DNA of 62,197 nt, filler included, from Asterionella formosa (taxonomy: Eukaryota), in NCBI GenBank assembly GCA_002256025.1. It is 27 parts of 27 records of this genome, joined end to end, with 100 filler letters (N's around TTAATTAATTAA, not from the genome) between each part and the next. Parts side by side here need not be neighbours in the genome. Positions count along the whole stretch, not along the records: positions 36,956 to 39,160 come from NKIB01000227.1; positions 39,261 to 41,465 come from NKIB01000228.1; positions 41,566 to 43,769 come from NKIB01000229.1; positions 43,870 to 46,073 come from NKIB01000230.1; positions 46,174 to 48,377 come from NKIB01000231.1; positions 48,478 to 50,681 come from NKIB01000232.1; 21 more parts are not named here. The stretch is one strand, 5' to 3'. Under the pieces are notes generated by a model. That model had not been told where the DNA came from. It saw nothing but the letters and a program-made list of their open reading frames with translations, and made no database searches. The stretch's first letter is position 1. The number at the start of each line of letters is the position of its first letter. Made by a program: the position numbers and the translations under genes. Positions 38,117-49,261 of the stretch are shown here, one piece after another.

Positions 38117-38647
38117 TTGCATTTGTACCCAATCTTCTTCGCCCCAGGCTAGGCTTCCACCTAGTTTAACCACATTTCGGTGAGAAAGTTGATGAACCAC
38201 ATTTCCGGTGGCTTGGCGCCCCAGGCACCCACCTAGTTTTGCCACATTTTGGTGAGATAGTTTAACCACGTGAGGAGAGGGGGGCCAAGTTGAAGTATGG
38301 CAAGGCACACATTGGCAACATCCGTGCCTCCTTCCACAGGCCTACTGATGGCATATCCACTGCCCTCCATTTTTTTTTGGCTGTTCCAAGGCGCCAGGAG
38401 AAAACCTATCCGGCCGCTTTGCCCGCCTGCCCCATCGATGTGGGGTGCTTGGGGGGCATCATGGGAGGATTCGAACTCCTCCCACCAGTTCATGTGTTCA
38501 GGAATGTTTTTGAGGCACCCCGTCATCCAATCATGTCCCAGTGTCCGGTGAGGCACCCCGCCCCTCTCACCTGGGCGAGGTAGTGTGAGACTTTCACTCA
38601 CTAAAAACCTGTGTGCAGCCCCAGTCTTGACCAGTACGCGGTCTGCC

Positions 38648-39160
38648 CTACCCGTCGGGGCGTTGGCCCGTGGAGGTGTGTGGGACCCCGTCAAATGCCT
38701 CACTTGCGTAAGACCCCCAACGGGACCTGATTATGTTAGCACGAAGGCTAACAACGCTCATCAGGAACCTGGCAAGGGTGGTGGCCCCTGCCGGGTTCCG
38801 TTCCATCTGGCTACCGTCCCCATTGGATGATGAGCTGTCAACCGAAGAGTCACAGTTTTGCTGTGCTGTGACTCCGGTTGGTTCACCCATCATCCATCCA
38901 TGTACCCAGCGGTTGTCACAACTCCCTCCGAGGAGCCATGCCAACCGTTGTTGGGCAAAACCGAGGGCGAAATTCGGCCCTAACGTCCGAACTTTCGCGA
39001 TCAATTCTGCCATGTGTGGCTCGGTACGTAGAACACGCCACCGACCACACGTGAACACTAAGTGTTCCAGCGTTTCTGGTTCATCCATACCACAAAATGG
39101 ACACTTCCTCAAATACCTATGAGGCATTCGCTTCCACCCCACCAAGGTGGGGACAGTTAC
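38648..39160 (-). mobile_element. 3' end of a non-LTR retrotransposon ORF (post-RT CCHC knuckle); duplicated at 40953-41465, with a partial copy at 37510-37607
   Basis: CPFCG...ETLEHLVFTCGRW...R and LAWLLGG. Followed by a GC-rich 3' region and an A-rich tract on the minus strand (38015-38085). Confidence 0.75.
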
Positions 39161-41789
39161 NNNNNNNNNNNNNNNNNNNNNNNNNNNNNNNNNNNNNNNN
39201 NNNNTTAATTAATTAANNNNNNNNNNNNNNNNNNNNNNNNNNNNNNNNNNNNNNNNNNNNTACCGGTAAGTGTGAGTTCTTCATGTGATGTGTACAACCG
39301 TAAAACTTTGATCTCAGATGGATGACATTAGACACCACAAATATCCTTACTATTTCATTAAGTAAAATGCGTGTTGCGAATGTATTAGCCTCAAGAGCAG
39401 GATCTTAGTTGAACTTTCAAATGAATTATTTGAAACATCAACTAATTCAGTCTCGCGTTCAAAATTCATTGTGAAAACTTCACATGAAACAGTTAAAACT
39501 TCACATGAAACCGTTAAAAGTAACCTTTTTACGTGAAGAGTGGCATTAATGCATGTGAAGTACCACATAATTAACACTTGTACGTAGACGAAAATTCGAA
39601 AAGTCAAATGAATTATTTAAAACATCAACTAATTCAGTCTCGCGTTCAAAATTCATTGTGAAAACTACAAATGAAACAGTTAAAACTTCACATGAATCCG
39701 TTAAAAGTAATCTTTTTTACGTGAAGAGTGGCATTTATGCATGTGAAGTACCACATAATTAACACTCATACGTAGACGAAATTTCGAAAAGTGGCGTATT
39801 TCGCGTCTTAGATGAAGGGTGCTGGCCCCTGCCGGGTTCCGTTCCATCTGGCTACCGTCCCCATCGGATGATGAGCTTTCAACCGAAGAGTCAAAGTTTT
39901 GCTGTGCTGTGAGCGTTTCTGGCAGAATCTCCAGTCTCCTGCACAAATTCAGCTGTCCCAATTTCTTGGTTCAGCCCCCGAGGAGCTGCAGGTGGAACGA
40001 CACTCCGTCGATTCCTATAATTTGTCGAAGCACGTGTTTGTTTTGGCACTTTTTTGGTCTCCCTTTGCCCGGAACCGCATCTCGACCTGCCAGGCTTAGA
40101 GAGAGGTCCCGCAAGTAGTCATGATAGTGAATACTCAGGTGGGAGTGGGGTAGGAGACAGAACTCCAGTGCATGCCACCCATAGCATCAAGAATCCTATC
40201 CCCTCTCCGTTGTTCGGTGGGGGAGGTAGTGGCAATCACTTCACTGTTGAGCACCAAACAGTACTAAGTTGTGTTGTTACTTGCCATTTCCCTCCCAGGG
40301 CCGGGTTCCTTTTCTTCCCTCTTTTTTATTTTATTTTTTAACTTATTTTTTCAATTTTTATTTTTTTTTTCCTATTTTTTTATAACTCTTTTCGCACCCA
40401 TTGTTAGGGTTAGGGTTAGGGTTGCATTTGTACCCAATCTTCTTCGCCCCAGGCTAGGCTTCCACCTAGTTTAACCACATTTCGGTGAGAAAGTTGATGA
40501 ACCACATTTCCGGTGGCTTGGCGCCCCAGGCACCCACCTAGTTTTGCCACATTTTGGTGAGATAGTTTAACCACGTGAGGAGAGGGGGGCCAAGTTGAAG
40601 TATGGCAAGGCACACATTGGCAACATCCGTGCCTCCTTCCACAGGCCTACTGATGGCATATCCACTGCCCTCCATTTTTTTTTGGCTGTTCCAAGGCGCC
40701 AGGAGAAAACCTATCCGGCCGCTTTGCCCGCCTGCCCCATCGATGTGGGGTGCTTGGGGGGCATCATGGGAGGATTCGAACTCCTCCCACCAGTTCATGT
40801 GTTCAGGAATGTTTTTGAGGCACCCCGTCATCCAATCATGTCCCAGTGTCCGGTGAGGCACCCCGCCCCTCTCACCTGGGCGAGGTAGTGTGAGACTTTC
40901 ACTCACTAAAAACCTGTGTGCAGCCCCAGTCTTGACCAGTACGCGGTCTGCCCTACCCGTCGGGGCGTTGGCCCGTGGAGGTGTGTGGGACCCCGTCAAA
41001 TGCCTCACTTGCGTAAGACCCCCAACGGGACCTGATTATGTTAGCACGAAGGCTAACAACGCTCATCAGGAACCTGGCAAGGGTGGTGGCCCCTGCCGGG
41101 TTCCGTTCCATCTGGCTACCGTCCCCATTGGATGATGAGCTGTCAACCGAAGAGTCACAGTTTTGCTGTGCTGTGACTCCGGTTGGTTCACCCATCATCC
41201 ATCCATGTACCCAGCGGTTATCACAACTCCCTCCGAGGAGCCATGCCAACCGTTGTTGGTCAAAACCGAGGGCGAAATTCGGCCCTAACGTCCGAACTTT
41301 CGCGAGCAATTCTGCCATGTGTGGCTCGGTACGTAGAACACGCCACCGACCACACGTGAACACTAAGTGTTCCAGCGTTTCTGGTTCATCCATACCACAA
41401 AATGGACACTTCCTCAAATACCTATGAGGCATTCGCTTCCACCCCACCAAGGTGGGGACAGTTACNNNNNNNNNNNNNNNNNNNNNNNNNNNNNNNNNNN
41501 NNNNNNNNNTTAATTAATTAANNNNNNNNNNNNNNNNNNNNNNNNNNNNNNNNNNNNNNNNNNNNAATCGGAGTGAGGACTGATGAGCCAAAGTACATTA
41601 CTTTAGCTGGTATATAATTCTACCAAGAAATTTAAATGAAGGAACCTAATAGAAACAATATATATAATAATTAAATATAAATAGTCAAAAAGGGTAACTA
41701 TTAAATAAACGATGGCATTTATCAAAATTATTAGATGAGTTATCAAATAATTCTGATCCGATGATCATAATCCTATAATGGTTTTTATT

Positions 41790-42420
41790 TGCAGAAAATG
41801 TGATTACCTGCCTGGCTAGTACTACATCAGCACAGGAGGATCTGCTGCAACAGTCAATAATATCGGCTGTTATGGGAACAGGCGCATATCATTATGGAGC
41901 TACTAAAATGAAAAAGGGCCTTGAACAATGGCTAGGTGGCAGGAGTTCTCGATGGGAAGGAATCATTCTCCATGCGGCAGATGTTGTAAGAATTTTGAAT
42001 TTGAGACCTTCTTGAATCAGATAGATATTGGGTATGACCAAGCGTTCAAAGGATAATTGAGCAAATTGTGGGGAGTAGCAAGCAACGCTTATGCACAGCA
42101 AAGAAAATGGGGATAAGGATGGGAAAAGGAGGACTGTAAGGGTGATTCAAGTTTATGAGATAGGCCCCCATAAAGAGTTGGATTATTCGCAACGAGGACA
42201 TTAAAAAAGAAAAATCAAGTAAATTGATGGAGGAGGTGGATTCAAAAATCAGAGTTGTATACAGATTTGATCAACATAGCTAGGCAGGGATAAGGACAGC
42301 AACAAATCATTTTCCCTGTTTCCAACAGAGATTAGAATCAAAAGACATACTTTACAGCAGAAGCCCTTCTGGGTGGAAACTGTGGATCTTGCTTTTAATG
42401 CCTGACATCAAGAACAATCC
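41790..42420 (+). pseudogene. Highly degenerate non-LTR retrotransposon C-terminal remnant
   Basis: GLEQWL and QIDIGYDQAFKG*LSKLWG resemble the Q..IGW...G..S..W motif. Confidence 0.4.
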
Positions 42421-42604
42421 AGAAACATAACAAACGTTGCAGGGATCATCCACCTTGTACCGGTATGGACATGTGGCTGGTGGCCATGGAAGACGTCCTA
42501 CTAGGGTTCATAAGAAACCAGCATGATTATGAAGGAGTGTCTACCCTGGCATGAGTGCAATTTCTAGCTTTAGCAATGTTCTTCAAAATTTAATTGTGAA
42601 ATAA

Positions 42605-42800
42605 ATATATAGAGTTGACCTATACCCCTACTTTGATCAATGACTTTTTCTAAGCATTTGGAAAGAAGTGTTTGAATTGGTGAAAGCTCCGTTTAGTATG
42701 TATATTTTCATTTTACTTTTAAGAGGTGTGTGTTTGACTACTCTGACTTTATACCAGTTTTTGACCCTACCTCTAACCTAGGGTTGAAATGCAGGAACAT
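42605..42800. repeat. Diverged copy of the DNA-element end at 61570-61762
   Basis: Shared accta.acccctactttg, ttggtgaaagctccgtt, tgtgtttga.ta.tctgact and accctacctc..ggg.ttgaaatgcag. Confidence 0.8.
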
Positions 42801-42937
42801 TACTGCCTAATCAAGCAATGACTATTGTAATTAAATCCTATTCCATTTCACAGGCAGAATCAAAACATAAAATGAAAGCCACCACAGCCTTACCACCTTT
42901 CTAATTGGTAATTACACTCTATGTATCCATTTCTACA

Positions 42938-43769
42938 TCAATGGTCTAAATGGTGACCCAATAAGGCACCCAAAAGCACTGAAATAATTGTAGAAACCAC
43001 CAAAAATGCAGGGCCAAAGAATGCCACAGTGCCATCTGGAATAGGTACTACTGTTACCTCTTCCACAGGTGTGGAATCATTTCTATTCAACTCTTCATAA
43101 ACCTCTTTGCAACAATGGAGTGCTCCACGGACCCCAAGGTCCTCCACCATGACAGCAAACAAGGGGACATAGTCCAGAACAGTTCCTACACGACCCTTGT
43201 CTCGATAGGCCTTCATAAACTCTGATTCTGGGCCTTCAATGAAATGGATATTCTTTGGAGTTAATCCACCAGTTACAAAAAGCCCTCCAGTAGGAATGAA
43301 CTTGATGGCAGTTGAACCAACCTCAGACCCATATGCACTTGTTTGGAGGATGAGCAAACATGATTTAGGTATGTTCCACTTGATGATATAATAGAAACGA
43401 GACCAAGCAAGATGTAAGGACTTACGCCATTGCAACGGTCATTGCCTGATGAAAAAGAGTCCCTTCCTTGGCATGTTCTGAAACAAACTTTCCTTTCGAT
43501 TCACCTGGTGCCTTCAAGAACTCCTCATGCATTTTGTCATCCTTCATTTCAGGAAATTCGGAAACAAGAAAATCATAGACATTCCCCAGCCCTGGTCCAG
43601 ATACAATATTTTCCACTGATAGTCGATGTTCTCTTCCAAAAATCTTCATCATGTAGGCCCGCATTTTGATTTCCAACTCTGATCTAGGGTTGAACTCGAC
43701 ATGACCCCCTTCGCTCGGAAAACAAGAATAGGTTCCAGTACGTCCATTCGGCGTTAGGAAGCACTCGCC
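42938..43769 (-). CDS. glk: Glucokinase (bacterial-type Glk family), 5' truncated; intron 43338-43425; C-terminal TM helix
   Basis: FPSEGGHVEF, LSVENIVSGPGLGNVY, AYGSEVG..A, TGGLFVTGGLTPK, DKGR and DLGVRGA. The phase-2 GT-AG intron restores the frame. Confidence 0.93.
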
Positions 43770-44991
43770 NNNNNNNNNNNNNNNNNNNNNNNNNNNNNNN
43801 NNNNNNNNNNNNNTTAATTAATTAANNNNNNNNNNNNNNNNNNNNNNNNNNNNNNNNNNNNNNNNNNNNAGATTCAAAAATCGAAATCGCGAGAGTGCAA
43901 GGAATGGAGTTAATGCGACAGAGCAGATATGAAAGCGAAAGGCAGCAGCACAAACAGCCATCGACAATCACAAGAAACTTTCCTCAGGGTTGCTTTGTAC
44001 AAGCGACACATACAGATTGGGTCCTGAAATTTTTGACAAGGCGATTGAATCAAAACAGATTACAACAAATGTACAAACTGCCAAGAAGTTAGCTGCCCAA
44101 CAACGATATGATGCCCTTCTGCATCTCTTGGAGACTGTGAGAGCAAGCCCAAAGGAAAACGAAGCCTTCAACATTTCCGAGTTGAGAACCCTTGTGCTGT
44201 GGTATAAACGTGATGGTGGATCGCCATTCCAAACAAATGCCAGGAACTTCTTGAAAGGTATGTTGCAACTTGTATACGACAAGAATTGACCAGGCCCTTC
44301 CCTTTGACAGTGGTGGTGCAGGGGATGGAAAGAGAGGAGCAGGGGGGTGTAGGGCTCTGAAGCGGTGTTAAGCAACAAATTCTCATTGCAGGAACTATAT
44401 TATTATTTGTGTGATTTCATAATTGTTATAATGAAACGTTGTAATCCGTCTTCCCCTACAGTATTAAGATATTTTAATATACCGCTTTGAACCACTATAA
44501 TGGATAAATGCATCATTATAAACATTCATATCTTCTGTTGCTGTCAATGGAATCTGGTTGAATCATTTGTCCAATCATAACCCCCCACCTCTTGTTAACA
44601 TCTGGAGCATCTAAGATGATTGAAATCAATATTTCAGTGTTTAGTTGTACTAATCGATCCAACTTAGTGAAATAGAGGTTCAAAGCAGTTTTTAGGTAGT
44701 ACCAGGGTTTTAAGTGCTGATCATAGCAGTACTGGTACCAGGTAGCATATTTGTATAGTATTCATTTGGACCTTGCATATCAATCACTTCAAGTTCTCAT
44801 CTGTCCGGTGGTCCTCCTCTTGTTTCAATTCATTTCACGGGTGATTTTTGTGGTTTCATGACAAATCCTTGTATGTAGGGTTTCACGTAGTCATGCAGAG
44901 AGGTCACAGCTGATGTTCTCCATTTAGGTAGAGTAGAATGCAAAAAGACGTCGTCATATATTTTACTGTAGCAAAAAAAACTTTCTAAAAA

Positions 44992-45919
44992 AGGGTCGTT
45001 CTTATCATTTTCGATTTGGTATCATTTTTTTTGAAAAAGTATCATGTAACGGCTACTCGATTTAAACCGAAAAAATCCATTCTCCACAAAAATAAAAATG
45101 AAATTGTATCACCAAAAAGTATCACGAAAATTGAACGGTCACGGGCTGGCTACAAACATGTGCTTTTCCTTCCTGACTACCGGTACATAATGATACCAAA
45201 CCAGTCCTCAAACCATGCAAGAAATCTACGCGAATTATGTATATGGACTACTATAGTCAATTGTGTTTGCACATGTATTTGTTGTAGTCACGTGATGATT
45301 TTGGTATTCTATTGCCTAGTACGTGCTGGACGAGTGATAGTAGAATGTACCTGTAGTGACACCCAAAGCCATAGTATTTGCACAGCTAGTATATGTCGTA
45401 GTCACGTGATCATTTTCGTATTCTATTGCCTAGTACCTTGTCATGAATTCCCGGACCAGGTACCAGGGTACCAGGTACCTGTAATTAGATAGCGGGTATG
45501 TCTCTATGCACATGACTCAATCTGTTCAATTCTCGACTCAGTGGTTTTCGTTCTTTGGTGTTGTGGCTGAACATTACCACACACGGCCGCTATAATGATT
45601 GTATTGTGCTTCTTTGATGCACACCATAATAATTTTTGTGTATATTTTATAAATGTCAATAAAAGTACTGCTCTGCAGGCGTATTTTCGGTTATTTTATC
45701 AGTGACAACGGAAATGATACCCGCGTGAAAACGTCAGTATCACTGATACCGTTTTTGGAGGGGGCAAAAAAAGGTATCAATTTTGTATCAATGATATCAA
45801 TGATACAAAATTGATACCATCAAGTTACCGTTGCTGATACCGTGTTTTGATACCAACCGTCATTTTTTGCCCACACCCCGGAAATGATACAGCAAATTCG
45901 GAATGATAAGAACGACCCT
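44992..45919. mobile_element. Non-autonomous TIR element (MITE, hAT-like ends)
   Basis: Inverted termini AGGGTCGTTCTTATCATT / AATGATAAGAACGACCCT, extending imperfectly inward, with many tgatac/gtatca subterminal motifs. No TSD seen. Confidence 0.8.
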
Positions 45920-46173
45920 AATACCTGCATACATACATAAAAGGTTATGCCAGCTGAATGAAATAAAAATTAATTTAGCTTTTTTATTCCATTTCTCGTC
46001 GACAGCAACCTTTGGGACCAAATACGGAAGTAACGCTAGCTAATTGACAAGTTCAAAGCACAATCATTATTGGNNNNNNNNNNNNNNNNNNNNNNNNNNN
46101 NNNNNNNNNNNNNNNNNTTAATTAATTAANNNNNNNNNNNNNNNNNNNNNNNNNNNNNNNNNNNNNNNNNNNN

Positions 46174-47361
46174 CTCGTCTGCACTCTGTGTGAAAGCCGC
46201 TCCATCCAGGATATCATCAAACTCGTCAGCCAAGTTTCGCATACTTATGAGTGTTTTGGTGGCAGGCATGTTTGATTTGGTCTCAACAACCACTGGTGGG
46301 AATTCCACCTTGGTTTTTCCAACCGTCGATACCGTCGTCGCAAACATGGCCTCCTTCGTGGGTTCTGCTACTGAAGTTTCGACCAGGGGAGCCACAGCAG
46401 GTGGCTCAACCTTTGGCTCTGCACCTGGTTCCATATGTGATTCAATCCGGGGTTCAACTGGAATCATTGACTCAACGTGTGGAGCCGCAGCGGATTCAGC
46501 GGAGGTATTCGTCGCTAAAGGTTCAGTACCAGATGGATCCACCATCATTGGTTCTACTTTGGTTGTGACAGCGGGTTGCGTTCGAGCGACCTCATAAACA
46601 ATGGAGGACATTATTGATGCCTTCATTCTGTTTGTATCCGGCGTCACCATAGCTGGATTATTATTTGGTTCCGCTGTTGGTGGCTCAATCGTGGGTTCAA
46701 CTGGCATCTGGGTCTCTGTAATTAGGAGCTCGGGGGATTCATCCTTTGTCTGGGACGCTTCGGCTGTGTGCGAGAACAATCAAAATGAGATTGGATTGAC
46801 GAAAATGAGAACAGAACCGTAACAATTCAAATTTCGCATCGCATCTCCATAGGCTTACCAAACATAGATGACTGTGTGACTTTGTTTGCCTTGAGAGCAG
46901 CCATATCAGCAGCAATGTCTGTCTTTGGAGGCGCCGTCGATCCGGGTGTTTGTGAAATGAGTTTGCCGTCAGCCGCTGTCCAGTAAGAAGAAAGGAATAA
47001 GAATGAGGTACGGTCGACAATGGCAATCAATAAAAAAGTTGGGAAACTTACTAAACAAGGAGGCTTTCACTTTCTTCGTCTGGGGGATCTTTGCCAAGTC
47101 GGCAGTTTCTTTTTCTTTCTGCCTGGTAGCATCGTCACTCTTTGGTGTAAACTGTGAAATGAGCTTTCCATCCGGAGCTTACAAAGCAGAAGGTACAGTA
47201 TGAACGAGCAGTCCGATGTGAGCAAAAGCTGTTAGCGATTCGGTTTGGATACAAATTCCTGACATTTCGGATGGGCCATTCACTTACTGAACATCTTAGC
47301 CTTCATGGCTTTTGCGTCCTTTAACGAGGCAAGCTCCGCATCTCTCTCTTCCCGTGACATG
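46174..47361 (-). CDS. Multi-exon low-complexity P/E/T/A-rich protein; introns 47178-47287, 46976-47051, 46764-46858; 3' truncated, start uncertain
   Basis: Three phase-1 GTAAG..AG introns link the frames. The internal exons of 126 and 117 bp both encode DGKLISQ...(L/M)F. Confidence 0.7.
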
Positions 47362-48477
47362 CTGTATTGCTGCTGATGGAGATATGTCTACACCAAATTA
47401 AAACATGGAGGAGACTTGAAATTATAGCAGAAATTTCATCCGTTGAATCCGCTATTGGAAGGATACAAATGTGATTCGGAGTCCCATCAAGAATGCATTT
47501 TTGTGTGTCGTGGTACCAAGTACCGTACCCGTAGTTGTTTTCAATCACGTCAGTAATCATACATAAAGATAGGACCTGGTACGATGTACCGGTACTCGTA
47601 TTTAATCATGGCTGGTACTGGTACCAGGTACCCTACATAATACCTGTAGGTATGTTGAAATTTACTTCGGCGCTTCTTCCTACCGGTAGTGCGCTCCAGT
47701 GCTGCCCTGGAATATGACCGGTCAAGATCTTTCTCGCGCCGCTCGTTTGCATCTTATTCTGCTATAATTCCACTCTTATCTACTAAAAAGCAAGACAAAG
47801 CTTTGTACTTATCACAAAGCCAGATACAGTGACCAAGAACGACGAGCGAGGTTCACATGAACAACTCGAAATACTTGGTACCTGGTACTTCATCTGGATG
47901 AAAATAACTGCGGCGATTGTTAAAATTTCTCCGGCGCAATTTTCATTCCAACGATTTTCTCCGGCTCAATTGCCCTAATTTGCGCAATCGCATAAGCTAC
48001 AGATCCATGCATGATATAGATCTAGTAAATTTGAAAATTGGCAACTAGGTACGTATTAAAAAAAAAAGTTTTAGGGCTTTTCCAATTTTCACTTGTGGCT
48101 ATCTGGAGCAAAATGCAGATGCATGAGGACCCATTTTTCTTCGAACCATCTATTCTCAAGATAATTACGAAGTAGGATTTTACAGTAGAACAACGGCAAC
48201 CTGCGTTCAATAATGCACCGAAAGTTGCAATGGTGGTAATATTGAACCATACATTCCGCGAATCAAAAACATTTATCCCGAACCCTAAAACTGCGAAAAT
48301 GTTTAAATATTATCAAATATCAAAACATCATGGTGTCTTGTCAAAATGACGATAGTGGATAACTGTTTTCTTGATCANNNNNNNNNNNNNNNNNNNNNNN
48401 NNNNNNNNNNNNNNNNNNNNNTTAATTAATTAANNNNNNNNNNNNNNNNNNNNNNNNNNNNNNNNNNNNNNNNNNNN

Positions 48478-49261
48478 AACTATCGATCATTTGCTTTCGT
48501 ATTCGCATGGCTTGATGGCGGAGCTCCAACGATAGTGGACCGTCCAGTTGAGGGCTGGAGAATTGTTCTAGTGATTTTGCATTATGGTACATGGCAGCTG
48601 CGTTGGCTGTGTACGCGTCCAAGAGTTCTGATGTGGAAAGATCTGAGATCGATGTGAGTTGAGTCGCAAATTTTGGGTCCACCGGAGGGACCATGTCAAG
48701 CGTCAGAGTCATGGTTGTCGCTTCTTCTTCGTCGTCGTCGTCATCTACCAATTCGTCCACTAATTGGTCGTCTCGCAGTTCCTGATTGCCCCATAGTAAT
48801 CGTAACGCATCCACTGGAGGTCTCCCTGGCAACATCCGCGAAAGAGTGCTTTTGACAGATTCAATGTTTCTCGACCGAGATACCAGGAGCTCAAGAGAAG
48901 TGTCAATTATAGGACTGCCAATGTTAGTTTTAAAGTTGATAGAGACTGGTTCCGACGAAATCACTGACGAGATTGGATCTTGAAATTCTCTCTCTCCTTC
49001 GCTTTCCTCCACCTCGCCATTTGTTTCCTTGTCTGTCGCCTCTCCGTCAATTTCTTCCTCATCGATATCGACGGTATCCTCCTCGTCAACATCGACATCG
49101 AGCGAGCCTCCGCGAAGGAACCACAAAGTCTCAGGTCGTGGAGCGAGTTTGGGCGAATGAATCGCAACTCGAAGGGGCGAGGACAATGTCTGCGTCACCA
49201 CCAGTAGCAACGCCGCGAGAGGCAAGAGGAGCTCTGGTCTGGGTCTCGTCATGGCAAGCAA
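48478..49261 (-). CDS. Signal-peptide protein with an LRGG motif, an acidic linker and a ubiquitin-like domain; 3' truncated
   Basis: Hydrophobic LLLPLAALLLVVTQTLS; FLRGG; Ubl-like VSINFKT..NIESVKSTLSRMLPGRPPVDALRLLWGNQELRDDQLV. Confidence 0.75.

Larger units (their letters stand above)
36956..41465. repeat. Two near-identical 2205-bp contigs (36956-39160 and 39261-41465)
   Basis: Identical boundaries and only about ten substitutions. Confidence 0.97.

Noticed and set aside
38445..38545. tRNA gene
   Set aside because: Only a T-arm-like hairpin is present; I could not build D and anticodon arms.
36956..41465. Tandem 2.3-kb genomic duplication
   Set aside because: These are two separate contigs with identical ends, so an assembly bubble (alleles or repeat copies) is likely; they are not evidence of tandem arrangement.
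43870..44289. Possible transposase C-terminal remnant (ELRTLVLWYKRDG)
   Set aside because: No catalytic motif; too little evidence to call.
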